Assembly: GCA_031459535.1 (NCBI GenBank) | Contig: JAVKIJ010000004.1 | Span: forward strand, 79 to 64,078 | Length of the DNA stretch: 64,000 bases | Reading direction: 5' to 3' | Source: Candidatus Fervidifonticultor quintus | Lineage (GTDB): Bacteria > Sysuimicrobiota > Sysuimicrobiia > Sysuimicrobiales > Humicultoraceae | Part shown: positions 27,354-36,355 of the stretch, piece after piece | Layout: each line of letters begins with the position of its first letter | Position numbering within the stretch: position 1 is the stretch's first letter | Notes under the pieces: generated by a model | Told to the model about the DNA's origin: nothing | Seen by the model: the letters and a program-made list of their open reading frames with translations, nothing else | Database searches by the model: none | Program-made: the position numbers and the translations under genes

Positions 27354-28048
27354 CAGCGTGGTACGCCTTCTGGTATCGCTTCTACAGCCTGCTGTTCCGG
27401 CTGCTGTTCCGGCTGCGCGTTGAAGGGCGGGCGCACGTGCCCCCGTCGGGTCCGTTGCTCGTCGTCAGCAACCATGTCAGCGCCGTGGACCCTCCGATTG
27501 CCGGCGTGGCCGTCGGCCGCCAGGTCTGGTACATGGCGAAGGAGGAGCTGCTCAAGACACCCCTGCTGGGACCGTATCTGCGTTCCCTGGGTGTCTTTCC
27601 GGTCCGGCGCGGCGAGGCGGACCGGCGGTCGGTCCGTACGGCTCTGGGGGTCCTGCAACGAGGCGGAGCGCTGCTCATGTTTCCCGAGGGCACCCGCAGC
27701 CCCGACGGTCGCCTGCAGCCTGCTGAACCGGGCGCGGCGCTCCTGGCACTCCGCACCGGTGCGCTGGTGTTGCCCCTAGCGGTGATCGGGACGCAGCAGG
27801 TCATGCCCAAGGGAGCGCGCTTCCCGCGACTGCGTCCGGTAACCGTCCGGATCGGCCCGCCCATCCGGGCCTCGAAGGTGGCGGGACGGCTCGACCGAGA
27901 GTTGCTCGAACGGTGGGGGCAGACGTTCATGGCCGCGATTGCCGCGTTGCTGCCGCCGGATCAGCAGCCGGTCCCGGGTGCTAGCGCGCCCCGGGCGTCG
28001 GCTCCGGAACAGGCGCCAGAACAGGCAGCGCGCCCGGGTGCACCCTGA
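27350..28048 (+). CDS. plsC: 1-acyl-sn-glycerol-3-phosphate acyltransferase
   Basis: NHVSAVD (NHxxxxD) and FPEGTRS motifs. GTGA overlap with cmk. Confidence 0.85.
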   Translation: MTAWYAFWYRFYSLLFRLLFRLRVEGRAHVPPSGPLLVVSNHVSAVDPPIAGVAVGRQVWYMAKEELLKTPLLGPYLRSLGVFPVRRGEADRRSVRTALGVLQRGGALLMFPEGTRSPDGRLQPAEPGAALLALRTGALVLPLAVIGTQQVMPKGARFPRLRPVTVRIGPPIRASKVAGRLDRELLERWGQTFMAAIAALLPPDQQPVPGASAPRASAPEQAPEQAARPGAP

Positions 28049-28877
28049 ACACTGCGGGGATCGTGCCGACGGCTTCTCCATCTGCCTGAATGGCCAGTGG
28101 GACCTCGCTGGTCACCCGGATCTCCCGCGCCTGCACCGCTCGGACCTTCGGGTGCCCCAGGTGGCCACCCGAGAACACTTTGGGCAGGACCAGGAGCGTC
28201 TCCAAGCGGGTGAGGGGGCCTGCGATCACAGCGTGGAGGAAGCCATCGTCGGGCCGGGCCTGCGGCACCAACCACATCCCGCCTGCGTTCCACGCCGTAT
28301 TGGCCACGGCCAGCAGGAAGAGGCGCTCGCGCTCGGTGAAGCCGTTTGCGGTGATGCTGGCCTCGACCGGACGGTAGGTCACGAGAGTCTTGAGAATACC
28401 GAGCCCGTACATGGTGACCGCGCTGAGGACCTTGGGCCACGCGTTGACCTGACGGGCCACCTCACCGTCGAAGCCCACCCCGCTGATCGTGAGAAAGTAG
28501 CGACCGTTCACCTCGCCCACATCGAGGGCTCTGGGCTTGCAGCGGATCAGCATCGCCGCTGCGGCCAACGGGTCGCGCGGCAGTCCCAGCGCCCGGGCGA
28601 AATCATTGCCGGTCCCCAACGGCAGCACCGCCATGACCCCGCCGCGCCGGCTCTGCAGCAGGCCGTTAGCGACCTCGTGCGCGGTCCCGTCTCCGCCTGC
28701 GGCCAGCACGACGCGCGCGCTGGCCCCGGCGGCCAGGTCGCGCGCGTGGCCCCGGCGCTCGGAGATCCGTTCCTCGATCTGCCACCCCGCCTGTTCGAGG
28801 ACCGCACGCACGCGGTACCACTGGCGCAGGGCCCGCCGGCCGCCCGAGGTGGGGTTGATGATGGCCTGCACATGCAC
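27981..28877 (-). CDS. diacylglycerol kinase family lipid kinase (YegS/BmrU-like)
   Basis: AAGGDGTAHEVANGL and LPLGTGNDFAR motifs. The 3' end overlaps plsC convergently by 68 nt. Confidence 0.85.
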   Translation of the reverse strand: MHVQAIINPTSGGRRALRQWYRVRAVLEQAGWQIEERISERRGHARDLAAGASARVVLAAGGDGTAHEVANGLLQSRRGGVMAVLPLGTGNDFARALGLPRDPLAAAAMLIRCKPRALDVGEVNGRYFLTISGVGFDGEVARQVNAWPKVLSAVTMYGLGILKTLVTYRPVEASITANGFTERERLFLLAVANTAWNAGGMWLVPQARPDDGFLHAVIAGPLTRLETLLVLPKVFSGGHLGHPKVRAVQAREIRVTSEVPLAIQADGEAVGTIPAVFRVHPGALPVLAPVPEPTPGAR

Positions 28878-28910
28878 GGCAGTTCCCCCCGATCCCAGCA
28901 GGAGTTCGCG

Positions 28911-29297
28911 ATGCCGGGCGCGGACTCATTCGGCGTGCGCCCGCTTTTTCGTGCTTCTCATCCGGTGGTCGTCGAAGTCCTGGCGCCCGGTCTGGTGGGC
29001 GCCGGCCTGCCTCGACTGCGCCGGAGCGCGCGCACGCGTGCCCATCCCGCACCGGGGGACGTCGGGAGTGAGGAGGCGTTCCGGCTGCTGAACCTCCTAG
29101 ACCGCCTCCACGCCGAGTTTGATACGAGGGTCGTCATTCATCTGATCGAGCCGTTCTCGTTCGCGTGGATCGTCCGTGTCCTCCGGTACCGGCCGGCCCG
29201 ATTTCCCGCTTTCATCGTGGGCGGCCGGACCGCGGTGGCCGGGCTGGACGAGCATGGCGTGCGGGAGGCGATCGCATCGTCTATGGGCCCTGCCTGA
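28911..29297 (+). CDS. hypothetical protein (possibly a thioredoxin-fold remnant without CxxC)
   Basis: Distal 128 codons of track ORF 27939-29297, the only part not antisense to the lipid kinase gene. FPAFIVGGRTAVAG resembles small thioredoxin-like proteins. Weak. Confidence 0.3.
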   Translation: MPGADSFGVRPLFRASHPVVVEVLAPGLVGAGLPRLRRSARTRAHPAPGDVGSEEAFRLLNLLDRLHAEFDTRVVIHLIEPFSFAWIVRVLRYRPARFPAFIVGGRTAVAGLDEHGVREAIASSMGPA

Positions 29298-29369
29298 AGG
29301 AAGCCCCCCGTAGGGGCCACGAAGCTTCTGGGCGGAACCAGACCTGCCACGCTTTGGGGGGGACGAGGG

Positions 29370-30506
29370 ATGCGCCGTACAGCATGGACGCTGCTGGTAG
29401 CAGTGAGCCTGACGCTCCTGGGATGGCCGGCCTTCCGCGCCGGGGCCCAGGCCGCCATCGAGGACCGTCTGGTGATCATTACCCCGGTGGCCAGGACGGT
29501 TGCGGATCCGACGGTGGCGGCCTTCCGCGAGTTCGCCCGCCGGCAGTTCAACGTCACCGTCAACGTGACGGTCGTCTCGGCCGGCACGCCGGTGGCGTAC
29601 GGCCGCATCAGAGAGTGGGGCGGGCGGCCCGAGGCCGACATCTTCTGGGGCGGCGAGCCGGCGCTGTTCGACGATCTGGCGGAGCGGAAACTGCTAGCCG
29701 TGCTCGACCTGCCCGAAGCCGTCCTCCGGGAGATTCCCGCGTCTCTCGGCACCCCCAAGGCGGTCTTCCTCAAGGACCCAAAGGGCTTCTGGGTCGGATG
29801 TTGCCTCACTCCCTATGGTCTGGTCTACCATCCCCGCCTGCTCAAGCGCCTGGGGATGGAGGCCATCCGCGACTGGGACGACCTGCTCGACTGCCGCCTG
29901 AAGGGGCAGATCGCCCAGGCCACGCCGGACCGGTCGAGCTCCAACCACGCGTCCTACGAGGTCATCCTGCAGATGCTCGGCTGGCAGAAGGGGTGGGAAT
30001 GGGCCCAGCGCCTGGGCGCCAACACAGGCATCTTCGTGGCCCGCAGCCGTGACGTGCCCACGGTGGTGGCCAAGGGCGAGTTTGCCGTCGGGTTCGCCGT
30101 GCCGGCCTACATGGCGTTCGAGGACGTGCTCGACGGGCACGACCTGAAGTACGTCCATCCGACCGCGGCGTTCGTAACCCCCGAACCCCTGGCCATCCTG
30201 GCCGGCTCGCGCAACCCCCGGGCGGCTCGGGCCTTCATCCAGTACGCGCTGAGCGAGGAGGGCCAGCGCGTCATGATGGCCCGGGGGCAGTACGGCATCT
30301 CGCCCAAGTACCGCATGGAGGGACCGAAGGGTTCGCCCGTGGAGCGGATGGCGGAGTTCGCCGGCATTCGGTCGTTCTTCGACCGGCCGGTGCGCAACGT
30401 CTATGACGACAACGTGGCCCAGGGCCGATACAGCCTGGTCAACGACACCTTCCGCAAACTGATCGTCGAACGGCACGCTGAACTGAAGCGGCTACACTGC
30501 CCGTAG
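29370..30506 (+). CDS. ABC transporter substrate-binding protein (family 1, Fe3+/thiamine-type)
   Basis: 378 aa, signal peptide TLLVAVSLTLLGWPAFRAGAQA, ADIFWGGEP and GFAVPAY motifs of the FbpA/AfuA-like family. Confidence 0.85.
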   Translation: MRRTAWTLLVAVSLTLLGWPAFRAGAQAAIEDRLVIITPVARTVADPTVAAFREFARRQFNVTVNVTVVSAGTPVAYGRIREWGGRPEADIFWGGEPALFDDLAERKLLAVLDLPEAVLREIPASLGTPKAVFLKDPKGFWVGCCLTPYGLVYHPRLLKRLGMEAIRDWDDLLDCRLKGQIAQATPDRSSSNHASYEVILQMLGWQKGWEWAQRLGANTGIFVARSRDVPTVVAKGEFAVGFAVPAYMAFEDVLDGHDLKYVHPTAAFVTPEPLAILAGSRNPRAARAFIQYALSEEGQRVMMARGQYGISPKYRMEGPKGSPVERMAEFAGIRSFFDRPVRNVYDDNVAQGRYSLVNDTFRKLIVERHAELKRLHCP

Positions 30507-30561
30507 GCCTCTGCGGATGCTCCGGTTGCCGGAGCCCGCTGGCAGCACGAGGTAGAACGGA

Positions 30562-30600
30562 GGAGGGCATCCCCGGGGTGCCCTCCTCGGCCTCGAGGCC
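30562..30600. terminator. GC-rich hairpin plus adjacent palindrome between convergent genes
   Basis: GGAGGGCA (30562-30569) pairs with TGCCCTCC (30579-30586), followed by the perfect palindrome GGCCTCGAGGCC (30589-30600). No clear T-tract. Confidence 0.35.
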
Positions 30601-30617
30601 TGCGGGGGAGAAACTCT

Positions 30618-31166
30618 TCAGGGAATCGATCGCTCCAGAGGAGAATCTCCGGCGGAGGCCCGGTGGGATTCTGCGTATTGCTGGCGCCTCTTGGCGATGG
30701 TCTTGAGGTGGTAGTCCACATGCTCGACCATATGCTTCACGATCCACTCGAGGGTCTGGGGCCCGTGCTTGCTGTGGATCCCGACGTGCTCCCACGCTCC
30801 GGCCGGGGCCCGGCGGAGGACGTCCGCGGTCGTCTCCCGGACGGCGCGCATCAACGCCAGGGCCTTCTGCAGGGGCACCGCCGAGTAGTCGAAAGCCTTC
30901 GCCCACCCCGCCGCATCCGTCGCCAGGAGCGGGGCGCCCGGCATGGCGAGGACGAAACGGATTCGCGCCGCGACGATCAGGTCGATGTCGGCCACATGCG
31001 CGACGTTCTCCTGGATGCTCCAGTGTTCCGGGCCGGGCTTGAAGCGGAGTTCGTCGTCGGGCACGCCCGCCAGGGCTGACTCCATCAGCCGGGGCCCGTC
31101 CGCGTAGGCCCCGATGAGCGCTGCGATCTCGTGGGTCGTGAGCATCGTCGGGTGGCGCCTCCTCAC
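30618..31166 (-). CDS. DinB-family (DinB_2-like) metal-dependent protein
   Basis: Spaced His residues (WSIQENVAHVAD, HVGIHSKHG, VEHVDYHL) in a four-helix-bundle-like sequence. Start 31166 (GTG) or 31145 (ATG). Confidence 0.75.
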   Translation of the reverse strand: MRRRHPTMLTTHEIAALIGAYADGPRLMESALAGVPDDELRFKPGPEHWSIQENVAHVADIDLIVAARIRFVLAMPGAPLLATDAAGWAKAFDYSAVPLQKALALMRAVRETTADVLRRAPAGAWEHVGIHSKHGPQTLEWIVKHMVEHVDYHLKTIAKRRQQYAESHRASAGDSPLERSIP

Positions 31167-31171
31167 TTGCC

Positions 31172-31879
31172 GTGCGACCTCGGGAGCGCGGTCTGGTCTG
31201 GAACCCGAGGCTGCTCAAGCGACTTGGCATCGATGCCATGCGCGACTGGGACGATCTGCTGGACTGCCGCCTCAAGGGACAGATTGCCCAGGCCACGCCC
31301 GATCGCTCGAGCACCAATCATTCCTCCTACGAGGTGATCCTCCAGCTCCACGGGTGGCAGAAGGGATGGGAGTGGGCTCAGCGTCTGGGTGCCAACACGG
31401 GGATCTTCGTCGCCGGTAGCCGCGACGTCCCCACCGTGGTGGCCAAAGGCGAGTTCGCCGTGGGGTTTGCGGTGCCCGTGACGATGGCCTTCGATGACTT
31501 CAGGTCCGGATTCGACATCAGGTTTATCCATCCCACGGCGGGTTACGTCACGCCGGAGCCCATGGCAGTGCTGGCGGGCGCGCGGAGCCCCCGGGCGGCG
31601 CGCTCCTTCATCCAGTGGGCCCTCAGCGACGAGGGGCAGCGCCTGTTCATGAGCGTGGGGCTGTTCAGCATCATGCCGAAGTACCACATGGAGGGACCAC
31701 CCGGCTCTCCGCTGGACCGCATGGCCCAGTTCTCCGGCGTTCGGTCGTTCTACGACAAGCCGATCCGCAACGTGTACGATGAAGACGTGGCGCAGAAGCG
31801 GTACAGCGAGGTCAATGCTGTCTTTCGCAAGCTGATTTTGGAGCGGCATGACGAACTGAAACGGCTCTACTGCCGATAG
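31172..31879 (+). pseudogene. 5'-truncated paralogue of the substrate-binding protein gene at 29370-30506
   Basis: From about 31192 it aligns gaplessly with codons ~150-378 of the upstream SBP (PRLLKRLG..DWDDLLDCRLKGQIAQATPDRSS...RNVYD..VAQ.RYS). It lacks the signal peptide and the N-terminal ~150 aa. Confidence 0.75.
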
Positions 31880-31979
31880 AGGGCCCTGCAGGACGTAGCC
31901 GGCGCAGGCGCCAAGATACCAGGGTAGGGAGAGAGGCGGACGCTACCCAGCGCCCGCCTTTGCGCGGAGGAGTGACGCG

Positions 31980-33059
31980 GTGAAAGTTCGCCTGGAAGGC
32001 GTCGTCAAGCGCTTCAGGACCACCGAGGCCCTGGCTGGCGTGTCGCTCACCATCCATGAGGGCGAGTTCTTCACGCTGCTCGGGCCGTCGGGGTGCGGGA
32101 AGACCACGACGCTGCGGGTCATCGCCGGATTCTACGACCCCGATGCCGGGACAGTCTACTTCGACGATGTCCCCATGAACGGCGTGCCGCCGGCTGAACG
32201 CGGCATCGGGATCGTCTTCCAGAACTACGCCCTGTGGCCCCACATGACGGTGTTCGACAACATCGCCTATGGACTTCGAATCAAGAAGCTACCCGCCTCA
32301 GAGATCGGGCCGCGGGTGGAGGCCGTCCTCCGCCAGGTAGGGTTAGAAGGGCTACAGACCCGCACCCCCGGCCAGCTCTCGGGTGGGCAGCAGCAGCGCG
32401 TGGCCGTGGCAAGGGCCCTGGTGCTCAACCCTCGGGTGCTGTTGCTCGACGAGCCGCTCTCCAACCTGGACGCCAAGGTGCGCGCCAGACTGCGCAGCGA
32501 GATCCGCCGATTGCAGCAGGACCTGCGCATCACCACCATCTATGTGACCCATGATCAGGAGGAGGCCCTGGTGCTCTCCGACCGCATCGCGGTCATGGAC
32601 GCCGGCCGGGTGCTGCAGGTCGGCACGCCCGTCGAGCTGTACGAGCGGCCCGCCACGCTCTTCGTTGCCGACTTCATCGGCACCAACAACCTCGTGTCGG
32701 GCACCGTGACCGAGGTGGATGACGGCCTGGCATCGTTGACGACCCGGGCGGGGCTGCTGCGCGGGGTGGCGATGGGAGCCCTGGCACCCGGCGCGAGGGC
32801 CGTGGCCGCCATCCGTCCGGAGAATCTGGCGTTTGAGGACGGCGCAGGCGGCGCTGACGTCACGCTGCGCGGCCGCGTGGTGATCGCCCAGTACCTGGGC
32901 AGCCTGATGCGCTACGAACTGGACGTGGGCGAGGGCACCGCCCTGCGGGTGGACATCGGCGATCCCAAGCGCCACCGCCGCTTCGCGCCTGGAGAGGTCG
33001 TCACCGTCGGCTTTCGGGCATCAGCAGCCCAGATCTTCCCCGCCGGAGACGCCGCATGA
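31980..33059 (+). CDS. ABC transporter ATP-binding protein (PotA/FbpC-like)
   Basis: Walker A GPSGCGKTT, LSGGQQQRVAVARAL, LLLDEPLSNLD, C-terminal TOBE-like region. Confidence 0.92.
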   Translation: MKVRLEGVVKRFRTTEALAGVSLTIHEGEFFTLLGPSGCGKTTTLRVIAGFYDPDAGTVYFDDVPMNGVPPAERGIGIVFQNYALWPHMTVFDNIAYGLRIKKLPASEIGPRVEAVLRQVGLEGLQTRTPGQLSGGQQQRVAVARALVLNPRVLLLDEPLSNLDAKVRARLRSEIRRLQQDLRITTIYVTHDQEEALVLSDRIAVMDAGRVLQVGTPVELYERPATLFVADFIGTNNLVSGTVTEVDDGLASLTTRAGLLRGVAMGALAPGARAVAAIRPENLAFEDGAGGADVTLRGRVVIAQYLGSLMRYELDVGEGTALRVDIGDPKRHRRFAPGEVVTVGFRASAAQIFPAGDAA

Positions 33060-34771
33060 CGCCCCCCGCGGTGGCCAGCGCCGCGGCCCGGGCCAGCGCG
33101 CGCCTGCGCGTGCCAGGCGTGGTTCGGGCGCTCCCCATCTACCTGTTCCTGCTGGCGTTCATCCTGTTCCCGCTGTTCAGGCTGTTCGCGGATGCCGTGA
33201 CGACCGAGGACGGGCAGTTCACCCTGCGCCACCTGACCGAGTTTGCCCGCGACCCCTTCTACCGGGTGGCGCTGGGAAACTCACTGGTGGTGGCCGCCGG
33301 CACGGTGATCGGGTGCATCGTCATTGGATTCCTGGCCGCGTTCTTGCTGGTGCGCTACGAATTCCCGGGCCGGGCGACCTTCAGCTACCTGACCATGCTC
33401 CCGATCATCATGCCGCCGCTGGTCGGCATCATGGGCCTGGTGTTCGTCCTGGGTCGGGCCGGCACGGTCAACGTCCTCTTGATGGACTACCTGGGCCTGC
33501 GGCGGCCCATCAACTTCATCTACGGCTGGCACGGCGTCCTGCTCGCCATGACCATGCACTACTTCCCCCTCATCACGCTCAACCTGGTGGACGGCCTGAG
33601 CAAACTGGACGCCTCGCTGGAGGAGGCCGCCGAGGCCATGGGGTCCCGGGGATTGCGCAAGATCCGGGACATCGTCATGCCCCTGGTGACGCCCGGGTTC
33701 GTGTCCGGCGCGACGCTGGTGTTCATCCTGGCGTTCGCGGATTTCGCCACTCCCCTGGTCGTGGGGCTGCAGAACCTGATCGCCTCGCAGGCCTACCTCA
33801 ACATCGTCCAGTTCGTGGACCGCCGCCTGTTCAAGATGGGGATCGTCATCGGCGCGCTGATGGCGCTGATGGCCATCGCGTTCCTGCTGGTGGCGCAGCG
33901 GGTCGTGGCCCTGCGCGAGTACGCGGTGCTCTCGTACCGGGCCGTGGAGCGCCGACCGCTAAGGGGCCCCGCACGGGTGCTGGCCCCGGCGTTCTTCGTC
34001 GCGGTCCTCTTCGTGGCGTTCCTCCCGTACCTGGGCGTGACCCTGGCCGCGTTCGGACGGGCCTGGTCGCTAACTCCCTTCCCCACCCGGTTCACCCTGG
34101 CCCACCTGGACGCGGTGCTGCACCTGACACCGATCTATGTGATCAACACCCTGCGGTGGAGCGCGCTGGCGGTGCTCATCATCCTGCTGGTCGGCGTGCC
34201 GCTGGGCTGGATCCTGGCCCGCACCAACCTGCCCGGCAAGAACGCCCTTGATGCCATCGTGACCCTGGTCCTGGCCCTCCCGGGGACCGCCATCGGGATC
34301 GCCTACATCCGCGCGTTCCACTCCCCGATCCTGGGGGTGGCCCTCAGCAGGCTCTGGCTCATCATGCCGCTGGTGCTCGCCGTGCGCCGCATGCCCTACA
34401 CGGTGCGCGCAACGTTTGCCTCGATGCTCAGTCAGCACCCCTCAATGGAGGAGTCGGCGGCCAGCGTGGGGGCCTCGGGCCTGCGCATCTTCAAGGACAT
34501 CACGATCCCGCAGATCTGGCGGGGGATCCTGGCTGGCGCGCTGTTCTCCCTGATGTTCGTCATGCAGGAAGCCGCCGCGACGATCCTGCTCTTCCTGCCG
34601 GGCTGGGAGACCATGACCATCGGCATCTTCACGTACTACACCTCCGGCACATTCGGCCAGGCTGCGGCACTGGGGTTCGTGCTGATCCTGCTGTGCGCCG
34701 CAACCCTCTATGCGGCCTACCGGCTTACAGGCGCCCGAATGGGAGGGCTCTTTGGCTCCGGCGGTGGATAG
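33056..34771 (+). CDS. two-domain ABC transporter permease (FbpB/ThiP-like)
   Basis: 571 aa, about 12 TM segments, two EAA loops (EEAAEAMGSRGLRKIRDIVMPL and EESAASVGASGLRIFKDITIPQ). ATGA overlap with the ATPase. Confidence 0.9.
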   Translation: MTPPAVASAAARASARLRVPGVVRALPIYLFLLAFILFPLFRLFADAVTTEDGQFTLRHLTEFARDPFYRVALGNSLVVAAGTVIGCIVIGFLAAFLLVRYEFPGRATFSYLTMLPIIMPPLVGIMGLVFVLGRAGTVNVLLMDYLGLRRPINFIYGWHGVLLAMTMHYFPLITLNLVDGLSKLDASLEEAAEAMGSRGLRKIRDIVMPLVTPGFVSGATLVFILAFADFATPLVVGLQNLIASQAYLNIVQFVDRRLFKMGIVIGALMALMAIAFLLVAQRVVALREYAVLSYRAVERRPLRGPARVLAPAFFVAVLFVAFLPYLGVTLAAFGRAWSLTPFPTRFTLAHLDAVLHLTPIYVINTLRWSALAVLIILLVGVPLGWILARTNLPGKNALDAIVTLVLALPGTAIGIAYIRAFHSPILGVALSRLWLIMPLVLAVRRMPYTVRATFASMLSQHPSMEESAASVGASGLRIFKDITIPQIWRGILAGALFSLMFVMQEAAATILLFLPGWETMTIGIFTYYTSGTFGQAAALGFVLILLCAATLYAAYRLTGARMGGLFGSGGG

Positions 34772-35597
34772 AACCAGAGATCGGACCGGGGATCGGGCCG
34801 GGGCGCTGGTGCGGCGGCCGCGAAGGCTGTACGCGGGCTACGCGTTCGACCTGGACGGGACGACCTATCTCGGTGAGGCACTCCTGCCCGGGGTCAGGGA
34901 AGTCATCGAGGCGTTGCGGGCCAGAGGACGAGCCGTGGTCTTCGTGTCCAACAACCCCTTGCTCGACCGCGGCGAGTACGCGGCGAAGCTGACGCGGCTG
35001 GGCATCCCGGCGGCGCCCGACGATGTGGTGAACTCCTCGGCTGTACTGGTGCACTACCTGCTCCGTGTGGCGCCGGGCGCGCACCTGTTCGTCATCGGTG
35101 AGGACTCGGTAAAGGCCGAGCTGCGCTCAGCCGGCTTCACCCTCAGCGACCAGCCCGGCGAGATTGACATGGTCGTCGCCTGTTTCGACCGGACCTTCGA
35201 CTACCGCAAGCTGCAGATCGCCTTCGACGCGATTCGCGCCGGCGCGCGGTTTGTCGCCACCAATCGCGACGCATACTGCCCGACGCCCCAGGGCGGGCTC
35301 CCGGACTGCGCGGCCGTCATCGCGGCTGTCGAGGCCTGCACCGGGCACCGGGTAGAAGAGGTGGTCGGCAAGCCGTCCCCAATCATGGGCCAGGCGTTGC
35401 TGGAGCGCCTGGGCACGGCGCCGGCGGACAGCCTGATGGTGGGTGACCGGCTCGAGACCGACGTGGCCATGGGCCGCGCCTCGGGCATGGCCACCGCCCT
35501 GGTGCTGACCGGGGCCACGACCCCCGAGGCGGCTGCCTCAGCCGACCCGCCGCCCGACTACATCCTGGAGCGCCTGGACCAGGTGCTGCCCGACTGA
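34764..35597 (+). CDS. HAD-IIA family hydrolase (NagD-like phosphatase)
   Basis: FDLDGT, VSNNP and MVGDRLETDV motifs. GTG 34764 chosen within track ORF 34710-35597. Confidence 0.8.
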   Translation: MDRTRDRTGDRAGALVRRPRRLYAGYAFDLDGTTYLGEALLPGVREVIEALRARGRAVVFVSNNPLLDRGEYAAKLTRLGIPAAPDDVVNSSAVLVHYLLRVAPGAHLFVIGEDSVKAELRSAGFTLSDQPGEIDMVVACFDRTFDYRKLQIAFDAIRAGARFVATNRDAYCPTPQGGLPDCAAVIAAVEACTGHRVEEVVGKPSPIMGQALLERLGTAPADSLMVGDRLETDVAMGRASGMATALVLTGATTPEAAASADPPPDYILERLDQVLPD

Positions 35598-35611
35598 GCG
35601 GAGCAACCCTC

Positions 35612-36355
35612 GTGGCGATCGAGTCTCCGCGTCGTCCGATGGTCGTCGCGCACCGCGGGGCCAGTGGCGAGGCACCCGAGAACACGCTGGCCGCGTTTCG
35701 CCTGGCGCTGGAGCTGGGCGCTGAAGGCGTGGAGCTGGACGTCCACCTGTCGGCGGAGGGCGTGCCGGTCGTGTTGCACGATGCGCTGGTGGACCGCACG
35801 ACCGACGGCCGCGGGCCGGTGCGCGATCTATCGCTTGAGGCGCTCCGGGGACTCGACGCCGGCCGGTGGTTCGCCGACCGCTTCTCCGGCGAACGGATTC
35901 CGACCCTGGCCGAGGCCCTGGCCCTGCTGCGGCCGGTGCGGGTCATCGTCGAGATTAAGAACGGGCCCATCTACTACGAGGGGATCGCCCGCGAGGTGGC
36001 CGCGGTGATCCAGCAGATAGATCACCCGGCCGTCACCGTGTCGTCGTTCGATCATCCCGTGCTGCTCGAGATGAAAGAGCTCTGCCCCCGCCTGCCCACC
36101 GCGGTGTTGTTTGTCGCGCGGCCCATCGATCCGGTCCGGCTGGCAAAGGATGCCGGGGCGGCGTACCTGCATCCGCAGTGGGCATACGTCACGGCCGCCA
36201 TGGTCGAGCAGGCCCACCGTGCCGGGCTCCGGGTGGAGGCGTGGACGGTGGATGACCCCGTCGTGATGACCCGCCTGGCCGAGATGGGCGTGGACGGGAT
36301 CATGAGCAACTATCCCGGGCGGCTCCGCGCGTTGCTCACGGCCCCCCAGCCGTAG
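35612..36355 (+). CDS. glycerophosphodiester phosphodiesterase
   Basis: VAHRGASGEAPENTLAAF, VELDVHLSAEGVPVVLHD, IEIKN motifs of GDPD. Confidence 0.9.
   Translation: MAIESPRRPMVVAHRGASGEAPENTLAAFRLALELGAEGVELDVHLSAEGVPVVLHDALVDRTTDGRGPVRDLSLEALRGLDAGRWFADRFSGERIPTLAEALALLRPVRVIVEIKNGPIYYEGIAREVAAVIQQIDHPAVTVSSFDHPVLLEMKELCPRLPTAVLFVARPIDPVRLAKDAGAAYLHPQWAYVTAAMVEQAHRAGLRVEAWTVDDPVVMTRLAEMGVDGIMSNYPGRLRALLTAPQP

Noticed and set aside
27981-28048. 68-nt convergent overlap of plsC and the lipid-kinase gene (and a 20-nt glpQ/glpD overlap at 36336-36355)
   Set aside because: Both overlapping tails are low-complexity Pro/Ala-rich extensions. They are most simply explained by the scarcity of stop codons in GC-rich DNA rather than by a functional arrangement.
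27939-28910. First 324 codons of the 452-aa + strand ORF
   Set aside because: Antisense to the well-supported diacylglycerol-kinase-family gene, with no motifs. Only the distal part outside that gene was kept, at low confidence.
29298-29369. Possible riboswitches upstream of transporter or biosynthetic genes (TPP before the SBP at 29370, cobalamin before the BtuF-like gene at 24523, lysine before lysA at 19874)
   Set aside because: The leaders are too short (72 nt, overlapping genes, and 56 nt respectively) and lack the conserved core sequences of those riboswitch classes.
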